A stretch of 64,000 nucleotides of DNA from Trichoplax adhaerens (Eukaryota > Animalia > Placozoa), in assembly GCF_000150275.1 (NCBI RefSeq), contig NW_002060953.1, forward strand, positions 1,907,723-1,971,722, in the 5' to 3' direction. Under the pieces are notes generated by a model, which had not been told where the DNA came from, ran no database searches, and saw only the letters and a program-made list of their open reading frames with translations. The position numbers and the translations under genes are program-made. Positions 50,819 to 62,648 of this stretch are shown one piece after another. The number at the start of each line of letters is the position of its first letter. Position 1 is the first letter of the stretch.

Positions 50819-53666
50819 AGTGGCTTAGTTCAACCTTGAAGGATGGCGTAAAGTGTAAAAGAATACAATTTTGTCAAGTAAATCAAAAATTTAGCACTCA
50901 TTAAAAAATAATCATGCCGGAGGATTAACTTAATAATGACTGTCGATAATGACAATCTCCTCTCGTATAATAGCGTTATTAATAATTATCACTCTGCAGC
51001 AGTTGCTAATTTTATATTGTTTTTATGCAGTTTTTCTATTGAATACGCAGGCTCGACTTACTATATAGTCTGTACATTAATATCTAATATTGCTGTGGCT
51101 AATATTGATTAAAGACAACAATGATATACTGCATATTTCGTTAAATATAGTAAGTCATAGTTAAGTGATCTTAACTACAGCAAGGTAGAAGTGATAGTCT
51201 GATAATATATTTCATTGGAATTGTCGATAGTATTAATTAATATCTACTTATGCTAAGACTAATAAAATATCAACACATCTCTTAGCCCGTATGAAATCTT
51301 GCTCTTATTTAAGCAAGAATAAGGAAGAAAAGGCGATATTTATAATTTTGATGATAATGTTAGACACTTAATATCGGAAGAGTTTAAGAACAGTTAATAA
51401 TTTAATATAAACATATACAACTACGGGTACAGTTAAGCGATTTCAAGCCAGTTTCTAACTGATTATAAGAATATCGTATATATGAAATTATCCAACATTA
51501 TAAATATTACTTTATTCAGACAAGAGAAAAATTTTATGGACATAGAATTCTTATGCATACTGAAAACGTTTCGGTAAAAGTTTTATTAACATCATGCTTA
51601 AATTTTGTTCGTAAATCACTTTCTATTGCTCATTATCGCTAGTTTCAATAAATCATATAAAGCTAATGGGACCGTATGGTATGTAACGTTGCTAGTTAGA
51701 TTAATGTTTGATTTTAGCTTAATATTGAACCAAATAACGTCGTTAGGATAAAATTTCCGTACAAAGATTAAAAGAGCCGTAAAATTCTGTGCTAAAGTAT
51801 TCTTCCAAAATATTATTGATATATATGAATAAGATAGAGCCAAGAAAAATCTGTTACGAAATAGCCTTTTCAAGAATGTGCCGGTACCACTAGATTTCTT
51901 ACACTAATTTAATGTGTTTATTAAGACATTTTTCAATTAAAGTATACATGTTGCTTATAATATTCTATTTTTAGTGATCTAATATTTAATGATCATGTAT
52001 TAGAGTTGCTTGCTCTTAGTAGAAAGCCAAATCGGTTACGACCACAAACACCTGTCGAATTTTATAATAAGAAACGTTAACATCAATTAATAATTTATTA
52101 TAATAAGGTAGAGGAGATAATTTATTGATACTTTAGTTTAGATTATTAATAAATTAATAAAAATTATTGGCATACATAGTTTACTGTAATTAAGGCTGCG
52201 TTCATTCGCTATCTATTACATCTAGTTTAATGATTTTGCAATCTTTTACTTCTATCTCGGCATTTGATTGTCATTTGTAGTACAAATATTAGCATACTGT
52301 ATATAATTTGGATACAGACACGGGCTATAGATGATGGCGGAGTGGGCGGGTTTAGAATAAATTCCCCCATTGAGATAAGTTTCTAACATTTGGCGATAAT
52401 AATTAGTACAAAAGCCTTCATAGAATAGGCCAAATTATTCTTTACTGTAATTGTCTTATAAAGAATAGTTTAAAGCTGTTGTGAAGACATTAGTGCCTTT
52501 GGGACTACTAATTGACTATCGTTTAATAGAAAAATGCTTTTCAAGATAAAGTTGCAACTCCAATCATCTATTTTAGTGTATGGCGGTAACAGTAGGTGGA
52601 GTAATGACTATTTCACTGAACTACTTCCGCTATTCTTTAGGCTAGTCCATATCAACGTTAACCTTTACCCTATATCGTACTGATTTCTTTATTCTCTAGG
52701 GTCATTTGCTTGCTATGGAGACAATTGTATAATATAACATGATTTATAATTAATCTTTTACCGGTCATGCCGTAAACTAAGTATATAATATAAATATTGA
52801 ATTCTTTTTCCGTTGCTAAGTAGGGGTGAACTTTTCTCCCATCTAAAATCTTTCTATCCATCGCCAAATTTATTAGCTGATAGAAAAAGTAGCTAGTAAA
52901 AATATTCCGCTTCTATCTTTGATTTGACAATCGAAATGCTTTATTGATCACTGAAAAATCCAGATTTAAAATAGGGTTGAACTGAAGACTTCTCAAGCTA
53001 TAAGAAGTAAAACTATAATGACTATGTCTAGATTTTGATGAAGATCGAATTGCATTACTTTATTCATGATTTCAGTTAATAAATTAAACATAGAAAATAT
53101 GGAGAAAACTTCCTATGAGCAAGACCGTCGTAAAAACAAAGTAATAATTATATAGAAATAAGAATGGAATCTTGAGCTGCACTAGCCACGCCAACGATTG
53201 ATTATAACCATAAAAAAAGTGAAAGTAAACCTTGTTCTAGTACAACCTTTAGAATTAGTAAAACGTAAAAATGTTATCAAGAAACGTGGATTACAGCAGT
53301 CATAGCCTATAGTTAATAAATGTCTTCCACATTAGCAATAAACACAAAAAGTGTTCTTTCTCAAGATTATATAAAAGAGTAAGCCTGCATAACTGAACCA
53401 TTACATAGGGTGAAGGGAGTAGCTATAACGCTATCTAAAGGAAACTATCCGGCTATTTCTAGCGAAAAGCCAGCATGTTACCAAGTCTAACTTTGATCTA
53501 TTAATGAATTGATATATATGGTAAAAAAATAAGAAATCACATAGTGATGGTGAGTGCTTGCAAAACGATTTACATTGAAAATCATTCAAAGCAACTTCTA
53601 AGGTGTGATAGGGCGCATTGCTTTTAGACAGAATGGTAGAGTGTCATCTAAACCAACCAAAGCAAT

Positions 53667-55154
53667 TTAACATCTCTCCTTCAGAGATATCCATATTCCA
53701 TCCTTGTTTTTTAAAACCAATGAAGGAATATGATGAAACGATGAGTTAGGTGTAAATAGCTCGAAACGCTGTAATATTTTAGCAGCTACTGATTTTAGTT
53801 CTTGCAAGGCAAAATTTTGTCCAATACAATTTCTAGCTCCGACCGCAAAAGGTATGAAAGCGTAGGGATCTCGACCTTTTGAGTTTTCTGCGGTAAATCG
53901 TTCTGGACTAAATTTCCACGGTTCTTCCCACCAATTTGGATCGTGATGAAAGACATAAGAAGGAAATTCAATATCCATGCCTTTAGGGAATGTATATCCT
54001 TCAACCGTCATTTCTTCGCCAAGTGTATATCCTAGAATGGGTACTGTTGGATGTAAACGTTGCGATTCTTTAATGCATAAGGTTAAGTACTTGAGCTGTG
54101 CTAAATCTTGCCATTCTAAATTTGTTCTACTTCCAAGTACGTTATCCACTTCTTCTCGACATTTCTTTTGACATTCAGGATTAGCAGCTAAGCTGTGCAA
54201 CAACCATGACAGGGAGGAAGATGTTGTATCGTGTCCTGCAAATAAAAAGGTTATGACTTGATAGACAATTTCATCAACAGTCATACCTACACCTTCGCTA
54301 TCTTGAGCAGTCAACATAATGTCGAGGAAATCAAGATGTTTTCTGTGTTCATTGACATTATCTTGATTTTCTAAAGCAGCTTTACGTTGAATTATAATCT
54401 CTTTAGCAAACTGTCTAGAATAAGCAACATTGGAGTAAAATTTCTTGCCACTAGAAGATAATCCATAGATAAAACTGCTAGCATAGAGTGGATTATACAA
54501 TCTGGCTTCAGTCAAGGTGGTATTTTCACGAGATGCAACTAAAAACGGATGCTTGGAGCCATGTGTTTGAGGATTTAACTGAGTTGAACAAGCACATTGC
54601 ACAATAATATCGAAAGCCAATAAGCACATATCTTCTAAAACTTCGAATGGTTTGCCGACTTCAGCAAGTTTGACCCATTTATCGATTAAAATATCGGTAC
54701 ATTCATTATAGACAACCATGTAAGGTTTCAAGACATCAAAATGAAATCCAGGCGTTAATAATTTCCTGTTTCTTGCCCACAGTTCTCCATTGGAATAGAG
54801 TAGCCCGGGTCCAGTCCATTCGCGGGTAAATCGATGGACTAATATCTCTTTAGTATTAGCAGATTTATTAAATTGTCGTGCTACAACGGGACTGCTAATC
54901 ATCAAGACCGGATTAGTGGGGCCATACCATAGCGGAAACATTTTAGGATATTTCTGGCACAAGTTAGTAACAGCACTAAGGTATTTTTCTAGCGAACCGA
55001 TTTCATCCAGATTTCCACTTAGCCAATTTGCTTTAGGGCCAGATACCTTTTTTAAAGCTGACCATATACGATTAACGCCCATCCATGTTGAAATGATGGT
55101 TTTAAGAAAAATACACCCGATAGCAATAATGATCGATAACACGATTGGCCCCAT
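53667..55154 (-). CDS. Cytochrome P450, clan 4, intronless, 495 aa (copy 3)
   Basis: WARNRKLLTPGFHF, FLFAGHDTT, KESQR, SPERF, PFAVGARNCIG. Confidence 0.97.
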   Translation of the reverse strand: MGPIVLSIIIAIGCIFLKTIISTWMGVNRIWSALKKVSGPKANWLSGNLDEIGSLEKYLSAVTNLCQKYPKMFPLWYGPTNPVLMISSPVVARQFNKSANTKEILVHRFTREWTGPGLLYSNGELWARNRKLLTPGFHFDVLKPYMVVYNECTDILIDKWVKLAEVGKPFEVLEDMCLLAFDIIVQCACSTQLNPQTHGSKHPFLVASRENTTLTEARLYNPLYASSFIYGLSSSGKKFYSNVAYSRQFAKEIIIQRKAALENQDNVNEHRKHLDFLDIMLTAQDSEGVGMTVDEIVYQVITFLFAGHDTTSSSLSWLLHSLAANPECQKKCREEVDNVLGSRTNLEWQDLAQLKYLTLCIKESQRLHPTVPILGYTLGEEMTVEGYTFPKGMDIEFPSYVFHHDPNWWEEPWKFSPERFTAENSKGRDPYAFIPFAVGARNCIGQNFALQELKSVAAKILQRFELFTPNSSFHHIPSLVLKNKDGIWISLKERC

Positions 55155-55159
55155 GGCTA

Positions 55160-55380
55160 ATTAGTTTTATCTCTCTTCAATCCTCCACTTCTAAATGCAA
55201 ATCAAAGTTAGTCAGTCCAAAACTACACGTACGTCGTGAAAAAATGAACTATCAATCAAGCACTTTGTAAACGCTTATACTATGGCAGTCTGTTATGGCT
55301 AATTAATGATTTGCCGCTGTATTTATACTTTATTCTTATAGAGGCAACTCCTCTCTAAGTATGAACATACGGTTTCTAAG
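55160..55380 (-). promoter_or_regulatory. Upstream region of P450 copy 3, conserved with the upstream region of copy 4
   Basis: Shared blocks on the + strand: TCTCTTCAATC, GAAAAAATGAACTATC and AAACGCTTAT...GGCAGTCTGTT, also present at 59470-59710. Confidence 0.5.
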
Positions 55381-56139
55381 TATAAGTAGCTTTATACTCA
55401 TAGAAAAGCGTAGACGCAAAGCCTCATTATTCCAGTAGGCCGCTGTTCTGTACACTGTATAAATATCGAGTACTCGATTTGGTGTCGTAATCTAGTTTTT
55501 ATAGTCTAACTGTTAACATTTCCTGCTGTATCCAGCACACGTCAGTAAATTATATGGAGATGCCTTTGAAAAGACCAGTTAAGAATATTCAAGATAGCGC
55601 ATACTACCTTATGTAGCATATTAATACTACTCTACTGCGTTGTGTTCAGGCTACTGTATGGCGAAAAAATTGCCATAGAATCCTTCTACAAGTTGTTACT
55701 CTGTAGGTACTACACTAATCATCAAGCAATTTTTCGATAGTAATAAAGACATACCGTTATTAAAGCCTACCGTATTTTCCAGCTCTTATCAATTTTGCTT
55801 TGGGTGCGCTTAAGCAAACCAATAGATCCAACCAAATGGTGAATAACGGACATATAGTAGTGTTGACATATGCAGTGATGAAGATAATGCTGCAATTTAT
55901 CCTAAGCAATTTCTCAATAGATGCAACTTCGTTGGCACTGCCTCCGCATTCATTGATATTCAAAAAAAGGTGGTATACACGTAGTTATACTCCTCCGTAA
56001 TTTAAACAAAGCTAGCGGGTTATATAAATAACATTATTCCAAAATTGCATACGAGGATGAAACTTAATCTAATAGAACGTGCAATATCGGAACCTGGATA
56101 ATAGTTCTGCTAGAAAGTAATAAGCATCGACTTGTTTAA

Positions 56140-56600
56140 AATGATCACTGACTGACTCAACCATATGTGATATGGAATTTAAATGTATGCAAATTTATAC
56201 TGAATTTAATATTATTTTTTAGTGCATATAATGATAAACGGAACTGTAGAAGCACAATTTGCTTCTCGATTCATACATATGGCGTATGATAATTTACTAA
56301 ATAGCAGATATGCGCTTTAATTGCTAGTGTTATTCTTATAATATATTCTTATAATATTCTATTTCATTTTAATGATCACTGATTGACTCAATCATACGAT
56401 TCAAATGTATATACATATTAATACTGTAGTTAATATTACTTTGTAGTGGTTTACTTATACTTATACATATTCAATCTCACTAAATAAATAGGTATATATA
56501 ATTATAAATGGAACTATAGAAGTACAATTCACTTCTCGGTTCATTTATATGGCGAATAATAATTTGCTAAATAGCTGATATGCTGCTTAAATCATCGGTG
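56140..56600. repeat. ~230 bp direct repeat x2
   Basis: AATGATCACTGA(C/T)TGACTCAA...GGAACT(G/A)TAGAAG...ATATGGCG...TAAATAGC at ~56140 and ~56371. Confidence 0.8.
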
Positions 56601-57972
56601 ATGATCATCTTAATGTAATTTATTTCGTTTTTACATAAACAAGCAATTACAAATTCAATACAAAATATAGAATTGCCAACCGAATGACATATCAGGAGGT
56701 AAGAGAAATCTCGACTTGCCAAATGTTACTACAAAATTATTTATGATACCCCAGTAATAAGCTAATAGCGTTCAAAGTAGAGACACTTATTTCCAGTAAA
56801 ATTAGATTTTATGAATAGTACTAAACATAAAGTATCACCATCAAGTGTTACACTAGCAATTTGTAGCATTCCTTCAGAGCACATCTATAGCATATCTATA
56901 TAATGACACGAAGAATAGAATGTAGATATAAAAGAAAAAATCGTTTCTGCGTTTTTGCATAGAACATATATTGCATATCACTAAAAGCGGTATGTCTTAC
57001 TAAACTATTGCAATAATCTACAGCAGGATAGAACAGTCGATGAAATCATGACGATGAAACTTTGTTGTTCTCCTATAATCTTTACCCTATTCAAAATCTA
57101 TTCTAACTTTTGCCATTGGCGTGATTAATCCCTTTATTAAATATGCTAATTCATATAAAATTAAGGCAACTATAAGTTGGATCGTCCACTCGTGATATTT
57201 CATATACTTGTGCACCCCATAGAATATTTCAGAATGCTCATATAGTACTACCAATATAGAGTTTACAGTGCTTTACCGGAGCATTTCTGAGTAGTTGTGT
57301 AGCTAAAGGGCTCAATTTTCGCTAAAGCAATTGATTGTTATGCAATTTAGGATAAGTCACAACGTTTAGCAGGTTGGGCCATATTCACGTAAAATGTTAT
57401 CGCTGATAGTTAATTACGACCATCATGCATACTAAACTTTCTTTCAATTAAAAGACCAAAAAATCCTGTAAAGTAACATTGAGGAACCTGCGTCCTTCTT
57501 GGTTTCAACGACAGAGTCTCTTTATTTATAATGAAAGATAAAATGATCTACGTTTTAAAATAAATTACGAGCAAAACGTTAGTGCAGCTATGTTGTGCAA
57601 AAGTGAATTTCCTCAATGAATTATGGCTACTTTACGTCTAAAAGCGCTACTTTAGTTGTATCTTCAACATTGAAATAGAAACAGAGGAATAATTTTAGTG
57701 AAGATAAGGTTTGTAAAGACAACACTTGTATGTCAAGGTTTAAACGCAATGACACATCAAGGGATTAGACTTTAACAAACCGATCAGATAGGAATAATAT
57801 TCTAATTCAATATTAATTAATGGTAAAAAAACCGCCTATTATAGAATCATTGTGGTTGTAAATAAAATGCAAAGACATCATCTTCTCCTTGGCAGGAAGT
57901 AGAATACAAGACTGTATTATATTATTTATGTTGCAGACTAATTAGCATTGACAGAAAGTGTATTGTCGAAAT

Positions 57973-59460
57973 CTACCTGCGCTCTTTCAAAGATAGCCAT
58001 ATACCGCCCTTGTTTTTCAAAATGACTGAGGGAATGTGATGATACGATGTATCATTGGTGAATATCTCGAAGCGCTGTATTATTTTAGCAGAAACTGCTT
58101 TTAGTTCTTGCAAGGCAAAATTTTGCCCAATACAATTTCTAGCTCCAATTGCAAATGGAATGTAAGCATAGGGATCTCGACCTTTGGAGTTTTCCGCTGT
58201 AAATCGTTCTGGATTGAATTTATCGGGATCTTTATACCATTTTAGATCGTGATGAAAGACATAAGAAGGAAATTCAATATCCATACCTTTAGGGAATGTG
58301 TATCCTTCAACTGTGGTATCTTCTCCTAACGTATAAGCTAGTATCGGCACTGTCGTATGTAAACGTTGCGATTCTTTAATACATAGTGTCAAGTACTTGA
58401 GCTTGGCTAAATCTTCCCATACCAAATCTGTTCTACTTCCAAGCACGTTATCTACTTCTTCTCGACATTTCTTTTGACATTCAGGATTACAAGCTAAACT
58501 AAACATCAACCATGACAAGGAGGAAGATGTCGTATCGTGCCCTGCATATAAAAATGAGATTACTTGATAGACAATTTCATCAACACTCATGCCCACACCT
58601 TCGCTATCCTGAGCAGTCAGCATAATATCGAGGAAATCAAGATGTTTTCTGCTTTCATTGATATTGTCTTGATTTTCTAAAGCAGCTTTACGTTGAAGTA
58701 CAATTTCTTTAGCAAACTGTCTAGAGTAAGCGACATTAGAGTAAAATTTCTTGCCGCTCGAGGATAGTCCATATATAAAACTGTTAGAAAAGAGTGGATT
58801 ATATAGTCTAGCCTCAACCAACGCGGTATTTTCACGAGATGCAGCTAAAAATGGATGCTTGGAGCCGTGCGTTTGAGGATTTAACTGTGTTGAACACGCA
58901 CACTGTACAATAATATCGAAAGCCAATAGGCAAAAATCTTCTAAAACTTCAAATGGTTTACCTTGCTCGGCATGATTGACCCATTTCTCTAATAGAATAT
59001 CGGTACATTCGTTATAGACAATCATGTACGGTTTCAAGACATCAAAGTGAAATCCAGGTGTTAATAATTTTCGATTTCTTGCCCATAATTCTCCGTTCGA
59101 GTACAACAGCCCCGGTCCAGTCCATTCGCGAAGAAATCGATGTGCGTGTGTCTCTTTGGTATTAGCAGATTTGTTAAATTCTCGAGCGATAACAGGATCG
59201 CTAACCATTAAGACCGGATTGGTGGGGCCATACCATAACGGAAACATTTTAGGATATTGTTCACACAATTTCTTCACGCTAGGTAAATAGTCATCGATTG
59301 AACCGATGATATCTAGATTTCCATTCAGTAAATGGGCTTTAGGTCCAGGCACCTTCTTTAAAGCTGACCATATCCGATTTGAACTCAACCAAGCCGAGAG
59401 AACAAGCTTTAAAAGAATACACGAGACGGCAACAATGATAGACGGTACTAATAAGCTCAT
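57973..59460 (-). CDS. Cytochrome P450, clan 4, intronless, 495 aa (copy 4; closest to copy 3)
   Basis: WARNRKLLTPGFHF, FLYAGHDTT, KESQR, NPERF, PFAIGARNCIG. Confidence 0.97.
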   Translation of the reverse strand: MSLLVPSIIVAVSCILLKLVLSAWLSSNRIWSALKKVPGPKAHLLNGNLDIIGSIDDYLPSVKKLCEQYPKMFPLWYGPTNPVLMVSDPVIAREFNKSANTKETHAHRFLREWTGPGLLYSNGELWARNRKLLTPGFHFDVLKPYMIVYNECTDILLEKWVNHAEQGKPFEVLEDFCLLAFDIIVQCACSTQLNPQTHGSKHPFLAASRENTALVEARLYNPLFSNSFIYGLSSSGKKFYSNVAYSRQFAKEIVLQRKAALENQDNINESRKHLDFLDIMLTAQDSEGVGMSVDEIVYQVISFLYAGHDTTSSSLSWLMFSLACNPECQKKCREEVDNVLGSRTDLVWEDLAKLKYLTLCIKESQRLHTTVPILAYTLGEDTTVEGYTFPKGMDIEFPSYVFHHDLKWYKDPDKFNPERFTAENSKGRDPYAYIPFAIGARNCIGQNFALQELKAVSAKIIQRFEIFTNDTSYHHIPSVILKNKGGIWLSLKERR

Positions 59461-59469
59461 CGTGAAGAA

Positions 59470-59710
59470 CTTTATTTCTCTTCAATCACCACCTTCCCAA
59501 AGCGTAAATAATTTCGGCCACTAAGTCAATAATTCACGTATATAGAGAAAAAATGAACTATCTGTGAAGCTACTCTTTGGCCGTTAGACAAGCAACTAGC
59601 ATGAAAAACGCTTATGATATAGGCAGTCTGTTCGAGCTCATTACTTTCTATCCAATTGATGTCTCTTCTTGGACAGACAATTCCTCTGTCAATACGAGCA
59701 TACGCTCTCT
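59470..59710 (-). promoter_or_regulatory. Upstream region of P450 copy 4, conserved with that of copy 3
   Basis: Same blocks, in the same order, as at 55160-55380. Confidence 0.5.
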
Positions 59711-61843
59711 AATTAGTGATTAAAATACCTCTTGAGAAGACTTTATATCTTGTCTCCTGGTTGAATTCATTTCAAATCATTAGCATTAGTCAATCCGTCC
59801 GTCTATAGAGGTCAAAACTATATTGAATTGGCAGTTAATTGCATTACTTTAAGGGGAGGTCGCTTTTATTTGCATTTACTTACAGTATGTTAAGATAAAT
59901 TTATGTCCATTAATGGCTGATATAAGAGCCTACAGTCGTAGTGGAATGGTAGATTGTAGTTTGACTAATTAGTCATGCAAGAACTTGTATCAAATCAGGC
60001 AAAGGAGAATAAAATACGCTATACAGAAGCTTGCGATTAAGACGATATCAGTCATTGAACAGAAGGCGATTTGCTAGAGGATAACAGCTATGTCTATTTA
60101 TAAATCGATTAAAATTCAAATCGGAGTAAATCTAGGGCTAATTTCATTTCACTTACAGCATGAGAGGACAAAGTTTAAAGTTATACATCTTTATCAGCAC
60201 AATTTATTGCACGGCCCTAATCATTTTCTTTCAATTGCGGTAATAGCTAAAATTAAGTATGGAGACTGAATTCACACTTAAATGTGGGGAAAGCTTAAAA
60301 TCATAAGAAATTTACAGTAGAATGTACGTTTATTCGGTAATAATGGATCTGCTGAAAAGCATTACATGGCTTTAGCAATAATGATAACCAGACTATATAG
60401 GCCAAGAAAACCTCTTCAACCTCTTATATCTCTATAAAACCAATGGGCAGGATAATGTAAAGGTGACTAAATCAAAATGAACAGTTTAAAACCTTGCAGA
60501 CTTTATTAACAGTATGCAACTTCAGTTACTGCGGCGATATTTTCGGAATTGAATAGATAACTTGTTAAGCCTAGAATAAATAAGAATATGCTAATACTGA
60601 TTGAAAATAATTTATAAGAATTGAACGGAATATTTGAAATCGCTTATGCTTACAGTTAGCTGTATAAACAGTCCAAATGTAAAGTACAGAAAGGATTGGT
60701 TTCTGAGAGATATCTGCCCGAAATTTCCAGAAATAATGCAAAAAAAAACAAAAGAAAAGTGTCCAGCAAAATTTTTGCAAAAAATTTTATACTAGTAAAT
60801 GTAAATATAGGTAAGGAAAGAAAAATTTACACCTACAGATATCACCTCATCAGATTGCAGCTAAGCACAATATTGTACATATAAATTCTCAGCAGGAGTA
60901 GATATCCATTTGTGCAACTGCTCTTTTTGCCGAAGAAGCTCATCAATCTTTTGCTTGACTGGGCTCACTTTAGTTTTTTAATTTTCTTAATGAGCAATTT
61001 TCTTTACTGGGACTGATATCGATGCTCGAGTAAGCACAGATAATTTTGAAACTACTGGCTTGCATTTTGATCTTATTTGCAATGGTTGGTTTTTGGTGCT
61101 GCTTATTTCTGCTACTATGTATCAACTATTTTTTCTAAAAAATAGGTATGAAATTGTTTTAATTAGTATTCTACGCTTTTTATCTCCTGTGCAGACTACT
61201 ATCAAAACAGTTTTTAAACCACGATCCTGTTTGGATATCAAACAGTATGAAGTTAAAGCTAAAAAAGGCTATTTTACTTTATTTAACGAAGTTGGTAGTT
61301 AGGGGTCCATTACTTCATTCTATGGTTTTATATCAGATCTTGGCTTTGCTTGAACAGTGATTAAATCATTTTCAAAAAAAAAATGTCAAACAGAAGAACT
61401 ATGGCACAAGTTTTAATTATGATTCCCTAATAAACGAGTGTAATCCCTCTAAAACATCCCACTTTCAATTATCCAAAGAAAGAATGGTAAGTCTACATTA
61501 CGCACCAACCACGATTTTTATCCGAGCTACATGTAATTTCAGTTTTCAGGATTCTGATGCAACGTATAAGGAATGTGCATAATATTCTAAATATTGGATT
61601 AGGATGATAACTTCCGCCTATTCAGATTGTATCGAAGTTGACAGCATCAAAATGTTTAACTTTTATTGATGCAGCATCCCCCTCTATTTCAAGGCCTAAT
61701 AAACTACCCACTCTTATTTCCAGAAAAATTCTAGCAAACCGACCGTATCACCAACAGTGGATGTACCGTTTCCTAAGGATGCAAGATTGCAGTATTTTGG
61801 AAGCAATCAAAAATACACTGCAAACAGTAGCTGTTTTGGAACT

Positions 61844-62648
61844 TCAGCTTTTTCCGCTTCCTGGGATGCCATGAACCAGTAATCGACCTTGACTGAAATT
61901 CATTTTCATCAGAGCCGTTGCTGTAGTGTTAACAAATGAATCACGTACAATAAGATGATGGCTTGGCAATTCTGGAACATCATGGAGGATATCTAGCAAA
62001 CATGAAATGGCATGTTGATGTAATCCATTACAATTCGTATTTACGTGGAGCAAACTTTTGCCCTAAATAACTCGGCCTTGATTGATATAAGACTTTAAAT
62101 TGATCTTATCGACTAGCTTGAAATATATAATTTTTGATATTTATTTTGGTAACCTCATTTTTAATCTATAAGACACTACTTTAAGTTGCTAAACTAACGT
62201 ACTGACGCTTCTGGTCAGTTTAGTTGCTGCATCGCAATTGCTTTGCTCAGGTAATCTATAGGTCAATTTTATAGGCATGGGTTTATGGCAGTAAATTGAC
62301 AGCATATCAACGAATTCAAACTAAATCCTGATTAGATGCAGCATGAGTTGATGGCTAATACAACTACATTGTATAAAGTGTGTCTACAGCAGCGGTCCAG
62401 AAAAGAATCATGGCTGTAAACAAGGCGGTATTTATAACGAGTACTCACCAAGATCTTCAGGTGCTTCCACATCCTTTCTTAATTTATTGCCCAGAGTTTG
62501 CAATGCTGGATTTGGATGGTTCTTTAAAATGTTACAGAAGATATAAAACGAACGATCTGTTCGGGTTTTTACAATTTCTATTATATCCTTCTTTATATCT
62601 TGGATATTTTCTTGTTGACGAAACGAATTCACTTCGTCAGCTGTTAAA
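61844..62648 (-). pseudogene. Truncated duplicate of the Apaf-1-like gene (3' part of CARD to P-loop)
   Basis: Lacks exon 1 and the first part of the CARD. The exon-3 acceptor is TAG>TTG, there is an AAA>TAA nonsense at 62108-62106, and it ends GIPGSGKS* at the breakpoint. Confidence 0.9.

Noticed and set aside
32209-59460. Bacterial horizontal origin of the intronless P450s
   Set aside because: They have eukaryotic microsomal anchors and clan-4 signatures (LLTPxFHF, GHDTT).
32253-59524. Short ORFs overlapping the P450 genes (32253, 49328, 49777, 53795, 53977, 54916, 59306)
   Set aside because: Alternative-frame or antisense shadows of the P450 coding sequences.
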